DNA of 56,342 nucleotides, the filler included, from Sluysia triapertura (Eukaryota): assembly GCA_046118255.1 (NCBI GenBank). It is 4 parts of 4 records of this genome, joined end to end, with 100 filler letters (N's around TTAATTAATTAA, not from the genome) between each part and the next. Parts side by side here need not be neighbours in the genome. Positions count along the whole stretch, not along the records: positions 16,083 to 31,195 come from JBJNIA010238772.1; positions 31,296 to 42,267 come from JBJNIA010190696.1; 2 more parts are not named here. One strand, given 5' to 3'. Shown piece after piece: positions 26,576-36,994 of the stretch. The translations under genes were made by a program, and so were the position numbers. The number at the start of each line of letters is the position of its first letter. The first letter of the stretch is position 1. The notes below the pieces were generated by a model. That model had not been told where the DNA came from. It was given only the letters and a program-made list of their open reading frames with translations, and did no database searches.

Positions 26576-27392
26576 AATTGCATGTAATTTTTATTTCTTA
26601 TGGCTTCTAATAAACGTTAAAATTAAATCTCAAACATATTTGTTTTTACTTTATTATAATAAATAAGTTAATTCGGATTGAGATATCATTAAATTGTAAT
26701 ATAGATTCTCCTTTTTCAGAGAAATAACCTCATATTCAATTTATTATCTTTTTATTATTTTAAGTAAGAAAATTTCAACATTTTATAATTAAGAATTAAT
26801 TAAAATTTGACTTTGCTCAATACTAAGGCTTTCCTTGTATGAACTTTGTTAAACGATACCTTCATGTAAAGGTGTTTATAAAACATTAGTCATTCAAAAT
26901 TAATTAAGATTTTGAAAAATTAATCTATTTTTAGACTTAATTTTACATTATGTTTAAAGGTTTTATTAAGATTCTAAAGTTATTTAATACTTTATAAGGC
27001 ACTCAGGGCTTCTAGGTACTTTCACTTCCACCACCCTGATTCCTTTTTCTGATTCTTTATATTAATTATCAATGTACCAAATTTATCTTCATTATGAGTA
27101 ACAATGAATCCAGTTCTGAAACATTGTAAAGATTTCAAATATTTTGTTAAATTACTCAAAGGTCTCAATGCTTATCAAAGATTACTTAAGGTTGAATAAG
27201 GACATAAGTGATCTCAAGCCTTACAAGTTCAAGGGTACTTTAATGCCTCTAGAGGGTTTCCAAACCCATCTCAAGCCTCCGCAAGGTTTCAACACCTTAT
27301 AAAGGTCATTGGAACTCCAAGATATTTCTCGGCTCTCAACATCATTCTTATTCCAACAATGTTTATAATGTTATGTTATAATGTTATAATAA

Positions 27393-27790
27393 CCAGGGGT
27401 GACACAATTTATTTAAATTCTCGCACCCGTATTGATACAAAATGAACTCAATATAAAATAAATCACTAACCCTACATCCTCTAAATCTAAATATTTATGC
27501 GAATCAATTACTAAAGAATAAGCCTTAATATCACTGTTAACCACAGATAAATTAAGGCAGTTTTCCTCAGCTAGAAAGTTTTGTTATCTTAACTTTAACT
27601 CTGGTCTCGGTTGTTTTTACTTCTAACTCTGTGTAAAAATGTAACTGTTTATGTAGCAATTTTATGATGTTGTAGGAAATTAAAATTAGAAATTGAACAA
27701 GGAAATTAAGCTGTGTATTCTCTTTTAGTCGGTAATAAGCCGACTAATTTTACTGATTGAATTTCGTCAGCAGTTACCATCTATGTTCAA
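27393..27790 (+). repeat. Interspersed repeat C, copy 2
   Basis: Same start and hairpin block as 16199-16610. Confidence 0.65.
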
Positions 27791-28182
27791 ATTCATACAT
27801 ATTGAAGTTCCGAATTTGTTTTATTATTGAGTTATAATTTAATATTGTAAATTAAAAATAATAAAGACGCAACATATTAAAAAACAAATAGCTGTAAAAG
27901 TGAAAATTAACTCCGTTAAACGATAAGTTGTATAAATCATGCGTTAAGCTAGCTAAAACACGCTAACTCATTAAGTAAACTTATTTTGCTTTAGAGTTAA
28001 GAAAGATAATTCTAACATGTTTATACAAATTAATTAAATGAATAATACTGCTTACACTATTCTTAATTTTATTAGTTTAAATAATCTGATTAAATTTTGA
28101 CACAGTGTGACGTTTATTTTCATTAATTTTTTAAAATCTATTTTATAATTTTCAAATCTTATATCGATCTAAATTTTACTTA

Positions 28183-28698
28183 ATGTACGAAATAATTTAC
28201 GATAAATCTGAAATTCCAAAATATCCGTATAAAAAAAAGTACGATGTACCAAGTCAATTTAAAACAGCATTTGAAGGTTACTGCATCTTTTATAAACGAA
28301 AAATGATAGATACGGAATTTTTAATAAAAATTTTAAATGTGTGCTACTTACTAATACCGCCCGAATTAACTGAAGATACAGTTAAGTATGAATTATGTCG
28401 GTTGAGATGCACAAACATAATGGAACCACTTTTAGATATAATTGATTTTGATCATTTTCTTTATTCAGTTTTAGCATTATTGTATGCAAAATCTAAACGA
28501 ATATCTCATATTAAAGCTTATGATGAAATGGTGCAAAGTTTTCTTGATCATGCTCCGCCTATTCCTCCTCCCCCTCCCCCACCACCACCGCCAGAACCAG
28601 AACCGGAGAAAGGGAAATCTCCAAAAAGTAAAGGAAGTAAAAGTAATAAAGGCAGTAAAGGTAGCAAAGGTAGCAAGAAAAGTCCTAAAAAGAAATAA
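28183..28698 (+). CDS. Possible p25-alpha/TPPP-like protein with polyproline linker and basic K/S/G tail, 171 aa
   Basis: Clean ATG-stop ORF; AFEGY...FLIKILNVC...IDFDHFLYSVLALL follows the p25-alpha spacing pattern; family call tentative. Confidence 0.6.
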   Translation: MYEIIYDKSEIPKYPYKKKYDVPSQFKTAFEGYCIFYKRKMIDTEFLIKILNVCYLLIPPELTEDTVKYELCRLRCTNIMEPLLDIIDFDHFLYSVLALLYAKSKRISHIKAYDEMVQSFLDHAPPIPPPPPPPPPPEPEPEKGKSPKSKGSKSNKGSKGSKGSKKSPKKK

Positions 28699-30133
28699 TA
28701 TTTTTATCTTTATTTGCAATTATTCACATTATGAATAATTATAAATTATTTTGAAAAAGTATAAAAATAAAATTTTCTATTCTATTCTTATTATCAATTA
28801 GACATTTTTTTAGAATAATACATCAAATTTTTTTATTTATGTTGCATGCTGGTAAAGTGATTATAATTTCGTATAAATATTTTAATTTTTGAATTTTAAT
28901 TTTAATCCTTTGAATTTTAACTCAATAACTATAAAATTTGTTAAGTTAAAATTTTACAACTTAAAATTTTAGTTTAACACTTATGTAATCAAGATCAGCA
29001 AATTACAGAACCTTAAATTTATTTTTATTATTATACTGTCATATAAGATGTTCCAAATTTTCTATACTGTCATATAAGATGTTCTAAATTTCCCTAAAAC
29101 ACTACTATGAAATAATTCGACATTACATCTGTAACTTTCTTGTCATCAACAAATGATTGTTTTAATTTTTTTAAATAACCGAATAGAGTTTTTTAATGTT
29201 AAAATTAAAAAATAATAGTATTTTTCTTTAAAAAATTTTTATTTCACTTGACGGTTTCGGACTATGATGTTTGGATTTTTCTCACGAATATTTACTTTAG
29301 CTTTGTATTCTATTTAATGTTCGCTTGTGTGGTGGTTTAACAGTTTTTCTTAAAATTTTATCCACAAATTAAACAACAATACAAGCTTTTAAGCGGTTTA
29401 ACACAAAATCTTTCCATTTTAAAATATTTGTTCGGTTTTCCTTACTCTTCGAACAATTATAAAAATGTTAAATTTATATTTTGGGTCCGCCTACGCTAAA
29501 CGATTTACCTATAATGGACGTCTGCGTAGGATTTTAAAGCTTTGTCAAATGAATTAAAGAGGGTCAGTATTATATGCTCTGCTGTTAGAATGTGTTTGTA
29601 TTTTTTAGAGGTTAAACTTTTATCTGATCTTTTTGTCTTTTAATATATTCAAAAGAAATTATTCACTTTACTATATCCTTATTAGTACTTAAATATCTTT
29701 AATCTTTTCCTTTATATTTTTTCAACTATTAAAAAATTCTTTAACTTTCTTTAATTGACTTTTAATCTTTAAAAACTTCTATTACACTTTCTTGTTAAAC
29801 AATTATTATAACACAACAAAAACTTGATATAGGAACTTTTATTATATAACAAAGTATAAAACAATTTTAGAAAAATTCAGTTCAATAAAAATTTTAGATA
29901 ATGTAGACAATTATAATAACAATATATATATTATAAGTTTGAGTGGGATTTTAACCCAGAAGGTACTTGTGGGTGTATTCTAAATAATTTATAAAAGAGT
30001 TTACGTGTAGTTTAAGACCGCAAACAATAGGGTCGAAATCTTATAAATAAATAGCTTACGTAATCTTTGTTTGAATATTAGAGTATCCGAAATTGTGCAG
30101 ATCGAGTCGTGTAACCGAATAATTTGTTTCACC

Positions 30134-30278
30134 AATATCTTTGCCAAATCGGAATATCTTTACCAAAAAATTGAAATATCTTTACCAAATTGAAATATCT
30201 TTACCAAAATTGAAATATCTTTACCAAAATCGAATATCTTTACCAAAAATCGAATATCTTTACCAAAAATCGAATATC
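30134..30278. repeat. Minisatellite, about 7 copies of ~18-20 bp (GAATATCTTTACCAAAAATC)
   Basis: Directly visible tandem units. Confidence 0.9.
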
Positions 30279-30892
30279 GACTAAGATTTTCCGACAACTA
30301 ATAATTGTGCTTTATATACTTTTTTTTGCTGTAAATATCCGATTGAATTAAAATTATTATATCCTTTGTAATAATGGTATATTCGTTTATTTTTTGGTTG
30401 AATAAAAATTTAAGATAAATTTCCGTAGTTAAATTATAATGACTTTTACATAAACATCCTTATTTTTTGGTTTATCGTAATAATAATAAAGATAAATTAA
30501 ATCATAATAATGTAAGTTTTCAGATAAACATAAAATTTTGATGTAATAAATTTTCAAATAAACATAAATATTGTTATTCGTTTGTACATAATTGTTTATA
30601 AAATTATTATATTTTTACAATTATTATTGACACAATTAATAATTATTATATTTTTACAATTATTATTACAATTATTATTTTACTTTAAATTAAAATATTT
30701 TCATCGAAATAAATTATTATTATAATTATTATTTACAACTCGACATAATTTATTTTCTTTATTTACAATTTCTAAAAAAATAATATTCGAAAAAATAAAT
30801 CGAAAATTCTGTAACATTGATTTTTATTGGCTGATAAGTGGTTTAAATTAGTTTAGTTTAAATTACAATTTAATAACATAATTAAATAATTA

Positions 30893-31038
30893 TGTTAGAC
30901 TTCATAAAATGAATTGACCGTGAATCGAACCTGGGACTTCTCGCTGTGTAGTTCAATGCTCTAGCACTCAGCTATCAGCCTCGTCTAACAATTTTTGGAT
31001 TAGAATAATCAACCATACCTTAGGCCTATATCCCAACA
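30893..31038 (-). mobile_element. tRNA-carrying mini element, copy 1 (decayed)
   Basis: TGTTAGAC...CCCAACA on +; flanks ATTA/ATAA (3/4 match); tRNA-like sequence at 30910-30981. Confidence 0.7.
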
Positions 31039-31195
31039 ATAACACGATAATCTGATCTAGCCATCTTGTTTCAGCGATTCAAAATAATTTGTATGAATAT
31101 TTTTTTGGATATTAGTTTATTAACCACTTAACGCATAAGCCCGAGTTAACTCGGGCATGTGTTACCATCAAAAAGATTATTAACTCTATTTTATT

Positions 31196-31295
31196 NNNNN
31201 NNNNNNNNNNNNNNNNNNNNNNNNNNNNNNNNNNNNNNNTTAATTAATTAANNNNNNNNNNNNNNNNNNNNNNNNNNNNNNNNNNNNNNNNNNNN
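31196..31295. other. Assembly gap with artificial linker
   Basis: 100-nt N run containing TTAATTAATTAA. Confidence 0.98.
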
Positions 31296-31519
31296 ATTAA
31301 GGAACACTTTTCGTAGAATTTTTGACATACCTATAACTAAGTCTTCCGCAGGATATAAAACTTAGATTATAGACGAACCCAGTTAGCATAAAATTCATAA
31401 TTGTTTTAAGATAAAATCTGAACAATATAAAAAATATATCGAGATTCAGTTTTATTTGATTTTTAGTTATTTTTATTAACGAAGAAACACAGCACTTCTA
31501 TTTCTATAACTATTGATAT

Positions 31520-32343
31520 TGGAATTAGGTGACCTCTCGGTGCTGGTCTTTGGCCATTGTTAGAGGCACCATAATTGCTTACTTTACTGTTTTGGAACCC
31601 TTTATTTATATTATTATTCGTATTATAATTCGTATTACCCCTATAATTACTTGAATTATTTCTTTAATTTGAATTATTTGAATTGCCATTATCTGTGCGT
31701 GGGCTATTGTAATTACTATCGTGATTACTATCTATCATAATTAGAAGAATTATATTTATCATCATAATTACTTGTATTTCTTCTTAATTTAGGGCTTTCA
31801 TCTCCTTTATATTTTTCTTCCGTATTACTTACGTAATTGATGTTATCCTTGTAAATATAGGATCGCTCTATACTTCTTAATTTCTTAATTATTTTTCTAA
31901 AAGGCTTTCCTTCTATTAAGGTTGCATATATCCTTAACTCTAGTCGTTACCCAGTTTTTAATTTATCTATTAATTTTGCTCTGGTTACAAGGCTTTTAAC
32001 AGCGCAAGCATATTCATATACAGATTCATTTGGCTTTTGTCCTAGAGTTTAATATTTTAGTATAGTATTTTCCCATTACAAATGCGTTCCAATATTGCTT
32101 ATCGATATTGCATATCTTTTTATATGTCTGCATCGCCTCTTCAGTTAAATAATTTTGGATTCTCTTAACTTTTTCGGCTTCATTCCAGCCATTTGCTTCG
32201 GTGATGCTTTAATATTCGAATAAGAAATCACAAAGATCTTCCTCTGGTACGTCAAATTTTCTTATTCCACGTAATGCCATCAAAGGGCGCATATCTTTGG
32301 CCAACTGTGCCATGTAATCTTTGAAATCATTGGGTAAATTCAT
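31520..32343 (-). mobile_element. Ty3/gypsy gag pseudogene
   Basis: DFLFEY*SITEANGWNEAEKVKRIQNYLTEEA and LGQKPNESVYEYACAVKSLV match retrotransposon gag and its major homology region; multiple stops. Confidence 0.8.
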
Positions 32344-32836
32344 TGTTACTGTGTGGTTTCTTAATTTAGATTTATAATCTTCGTATACTATAATTTGAGT
32401 ATCAATCCTTAATTCTTAACTTATAAACTTAATAAAAACTTGTGAATTATGTCACAACTTGCAATTTAGGTGAATAAAATATATTTACGTACTTTATGAT
32501 TAGGGATCAATATAACTTAGAATATTATCTTACTTAAAGCTTATGCTTATATTTATATGCTAATTCTATCTTATACGCTGGTCCAGTTTTTATGCAAGAT
32601 TTGTTAAAATTTCTTATTTATTTGGATTTTATCCTAAGTGAATCCCTTACGATATTCGGCTTACTCACTTAAGGGCTAATACGTAAGTGGCGTATAAAAT
32701 CGCTATTTTGAGGTTATGTAAAAAAGCGTTGGTAATCTAGCTAAAAAACTAATGTGATGGTGTCATAATGTAATTCCTGTCTTATTGCAATGACAGATTA
32801 AAACTATATAATTTACGTCAGATCTCAAAAGAGTAA

Positions 32837-32994
32837 TGTTAGACTCCATAAAATGGACTGACCGGGAATCGAACCCGGGACCTCTCGCTGCGCAGTTCGA
32901 TGCTCTACCACTGAGCTATCAGCCCTGTTTAACAATTTTTAGATTACTATATTCTATTACACCAAATGGCACCCTAGGCCTTTTTACCTCAACA
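32837..32994 (-). mobile_element. tRNA-carrying mini element, copy 2, 4-bp TSD GTAA
   Basis: GTAA|TGTTAGAC...CCTCAACA|GTAA on +. Confidence 0.8.
32854..32925 (-). tRNA. tRNA-Ala-like gene or pseudogene with abnormal anticodon arm
   Basis: GGGCTGA TA GCTCAGTGGTAGAGC ... CCGGGTTCGATTCCCGG TCAGTCC A; intact acceptor stem (G3:U70), D and T arms, A/B boxes and TTTT terminator; anticodon stem does not pair canonically. Confidence 0.7.
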
Positions 32995-34508
32995 GTAATC
33001 TGCAATTTTTTTAGATTTCAATGTTACAAAAAATTCTAGTAGTCGGTAATGTTGGGTTAATTTTAAACTTCGATAAAGAGCAAGGAGGAATAACTCGTGT
33101 TAAATAAAATTATTATAACACAAAATTATTATGGCAGTACGATTATACAGGAAACATTATAAATAATTATACTGAATTTGCCAAAATTATACCTTATGTA
33201 ATATTTTTATTCTATTGTATTTTAAAAAAATATATTTCATCAACCCTTTAAAAGGTTGAAGTAAAAAATATAATAATTGATTTTTAGTAAATTTCACGTC
33301 ACGTAAACCTTGCCTATCCTATAATGAAACTGACTAACGTTACTATTTCTTTTCAAAATTCGGAATTGTTTGTGAAGTCGAAGATAGTGTTAGAATTGTT
33401 TTTTATTATTATCACCAAAATATTGACGAATTTCGAAGTCTTTAAGTCGTGGCAGAAATATTTTTAAGAAATTTATGTTGTGTTTATGCATTTTTATTGC
33501 TACTTTTATAGTAATTTTGAATGTCAGCTTATAATTGTATTTAAACAAAATTAATTTGTATTTTTAAAAATTAAATTAAATAGTTTAATCTTAATAGTTT
33601 TGAAGCTTTAAATTAAAATTATATTATTAAATTATTAAAAAGAGAAACATAAAAATAAAATACTTACATTAAAATGTTCAAAAATTCATATTAATATTGT
33701 TATTTAGACACACACGAAATCATATCACATAGAATCATATATATATATACTACACATAAAACATATAAAATCAATCAATAACTGACAACATAAATTCAAA
33801 CTTTGAAATCAAACTTTTAAAATTAATGATTGTTCTATTCTGTTATTCATTTATACACTAATTGATACTAATAAGATATTTTGTTTAAAGTTGCTACACT
33901 GAATTTAAAGTTGTTTTATCGTATTCCATGGAATTTAATATCAGCCTTTGACTTTATATAATAACGCTTATATTGTATGATTCTTTGACATTATAATGAA
34001 GTAAGATAAATTTCTATATCATGCAATCTTGTATAAAATTATTCCTAAGTATATTTACCGATATATATGTAAAAGTAGCATCACAATTATAATGTTACTC
34101 TTGTTAAAGTTCCTTGTATTGCCGAAAATATGTTAAATTATGTATACTGGCACAATAAATCTAATAAAATTGCAGACTGATGTCGCTTTTGTTTTTTAAA
34201 ACAATTAACTTTCATTTAAGTTATTTTTATTAATAAACTTTAATTAATAAATTATACCTTTTCAATTTTAACTTCATAATTAGCATTTAACATTTTCTAA
34301 TTAATCATATAATTGAAAATACTAAACTTCTAATTTGTTTGAATTGTTTACTTTAATAATACATTCAGATATATGTAACAGTAAACTCTACAAAATTCTT
34401 ATAAATAAATTTTCAAATTCAAATTTTATTTTTCTTTAATAAAACAATTTTTTTAATTTTGAAATTAAGTTATATTTGAATAAATTAATTAATTTTATTT
34501 ATTTACAA

Positions 34509-35217
34509 ATGTTAATAAGATTGAAGTTATTGTTTACATTTTTATTGTTGGTAATTCAAGGAAGTTCATCTAATAAAAAATGCTGGAGGAAAGATCAGGA
34601 AATAGATTGCTTGATGTATGGTTATTGTAATGTAAGAAGTTATTATATGTGTTTGTACAATTATTTTCAAACATTTGTATCAACATTTGTAAGACAATGC
34701 GAAATACATGAAAACATATGCTCACACGAGTGTGATTTTGTATCAACTTGGAAGATTGGTCCACAGAAAACAATTGTGCGAAAAGTAGAAGGATGTAAAT
34801 TGCCAGAAATTGTGGATTTAACCAAGAAACCTGAAGTTCCCTTAAGTTAGATATTACATTAAATTTTTTTATTTATCAATTTTAGAAATTCATAAATCAA
34901 CGTTTGTTAATTACTACTACATTTCTGGAGCTATAGTAATTCTGGTTGTTTTGATATTTATACTCGTATTGTGTCGACGAAAAATGATAAGAAATTTGAT
35001 TCAAATGAATATGAGATCAAGTCCAGTAGTTGATAATCAAAGCTTAACAGAATTCCAAGGAATCAAAGTAACAGCTAATGATATGGCTCCTCCACCATAT
35101 GCTATTTGTACTCAAGTTTCTAAGCCTATTGGGATTAGTCAACCGTCAGCTAGTATAGAGCCACCACCGATTTATTATGCTCCTCCGCCATATGAAAGCC
35201 AGAAAAACGTTGAATAA
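34509..35217 (+). CDS. Single-pass membrane protein: signal peptide, Cys-rich ectodomain, TM, three PPxY motifs (WBP1/VOPP1/Shisa-like architecture); exons 34509-34845, 34886-35217
   Basis: A 40-nt GT-AG intron (34846-34885) joins the two ORFs in frame, giving TM ISGAIVILVVLIFILVLC followed by RRK; PPPY, PPIY, PPPY. Confidence 0.8.
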
Positions 35218-36994
35218 TATACAGTCCAATAATCTTGATTCTCAATTTATTTGATCTTGATATAACTTTATTATAATAAATTGTTATACATAAAATCTTT
35301 TAAAATATTTAATATCGTTTATGTATTACTTTAATTTGAAATACTCGTTTAATTTTAGACATTACTATTTTATGATGTGTGTAGTTATGGGGAATTCGAA
35401 TAATTTTTATTTTCATTCACATTTTTGATTAAGCTTCATTAACCAATTAATGAAAATTTTCTTTGTCATCCATACATTTTTATTAGATTCAAAGGTTTCT
35501 CATTTTTAGATCAACCAATGAAAAGTAAATGATTTTTCTCTTATTTTGAGCATCGGAATAACACGAGTTTTTAGTCGTAGATTTACAAAATAAAACTGTT
35601 TCATCGTCATGCTGTTCACAAATTTATTTTTATCTAAAAACTAAATAGCACTTGTGTAATTGGCAAAAGCTGACTCTGAAATGAAGATCCTTTGTTTAAT
35701 TATGCAGCTATCCCTGAGAAGTTCTTTTCCTATATTTAAGGGAAATGTATATCTAAAGTTGACAGTTTTATTTTACAACTTTTTAGTAAATATCATATGT
35801 GTGAAAGGCTTCATATTTTTCTATTAAATTATTTACATTAATTGTTATTACAATACCGAATTTTAATTTAACTTTATTTAATAAAGGACTCGAGTCCCTT
35901 TAAAATAATAATAAATTTAGTAAAGGATGAGCTAAAGAAATAGCGTAACAATTTTATTTTAACCACAAAATGTTTAATTAATAATAGGTTGAATGTTATA
36001 TAAAAAGATAACAAACATTCAAACTCTCGTATGTAAATCCACTTATTAGTTTCAAAAGCTGAAAAATTCTCCTTTTAATATTGTTGGAATAACTCCACCT
36101 AATTGGACTTTTCATTACTTCTATCGATTTACATTTCGATTGCATATTTTTACTCAATGTCATAAAAGCGACTTTGTGCCATTGATAATTACGTTTAAAA
36201 TTAATAAAGTTATATACTAAACTAATTAACCATAATATTATTTGACCACCAACAAATTGCTTATTTCTTCGATTTGTAAAGTGTACAAATTAACGTAATA
36301 AATGCTGGAGTAAGCTAAAAATGTTACTAAAAATACAATGATACCAATTACAACTTGAAGATTTATTGACACTAAATCGAGTAATAAATCAAGTTGTAGA
36401 GTTGGTGTACAACAAATTGCAATTTGACATAAATAATCAACGACTATAAAAACAGTTTGAATAACTAAAGCAAAAATAACGTAAAAAGGAAACCATTCTA
36501 TTTTTATAATTATCTATAATGAACATAATTAATAAACAGAACATTGATAATAACAAGATTATTAACTCCATAAATAAGGTTAAATAATAGCTAGGTTTAT
36601 TTGTGACGACGATCAAAATAACTTGACGACATGAAACCATACACAACCACATTCATAATGTACATTTCATATTTAGGAAAAATATTTTCGTAAAATAATC
36701 ATTTATAAATTTGGAAGATTCCAAATATTTATCTTTAGTTGTCATCTTTATCAATTTCAATAAAAGCAATGAAAATACCGAAATGTAATTTGATACAATT
36801 TAAAATAATTCATTGTCATTTATAATTAATTATTATAAACTTTTATACATTTATTTAATTTTTATAATTTCAGATGCTATGGACAGCACAATGGTGGTAG
36901 CAGTAATAATAATAATAATAATAATAATAATAGTAGTAGTAATGAATTGTGTTGTCGTTCTACAAAAATAAAATATTGTTCTATAAGTTCTATT

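Larger units (their letters stand above)
23876..26711 (+). mobile_element. Cargo element E5, inserted in host repeat H, right terminus lost
   Basis: H similarity stops at CCACTCTACAAGC|TGTGGAGGCCAAC and resumes at TAGATTCTCC (26702); 5' module and 3' end homologous to E4. Confidence 0.85.

Noticed and set aside
30134-30278. CRISPR-like array
   Set aside because: Head-to-tail repeats without unique spacers; eukaryotic context
30893-32994. The two tRNA-containing repeats as paired LTRs of the intervening gypsy gag
   Set aside because: Each copy has its own TSD-like flanks, the outer flanks do not match, there is no PBS beside the upstream copy, the copies are diverged, and an assembly gap lies between them
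35990-36815. Multi-TM gene on the minus strand
   Set aside because: Hydrophobic fragments with many stops; no family motif or consistent exon structure
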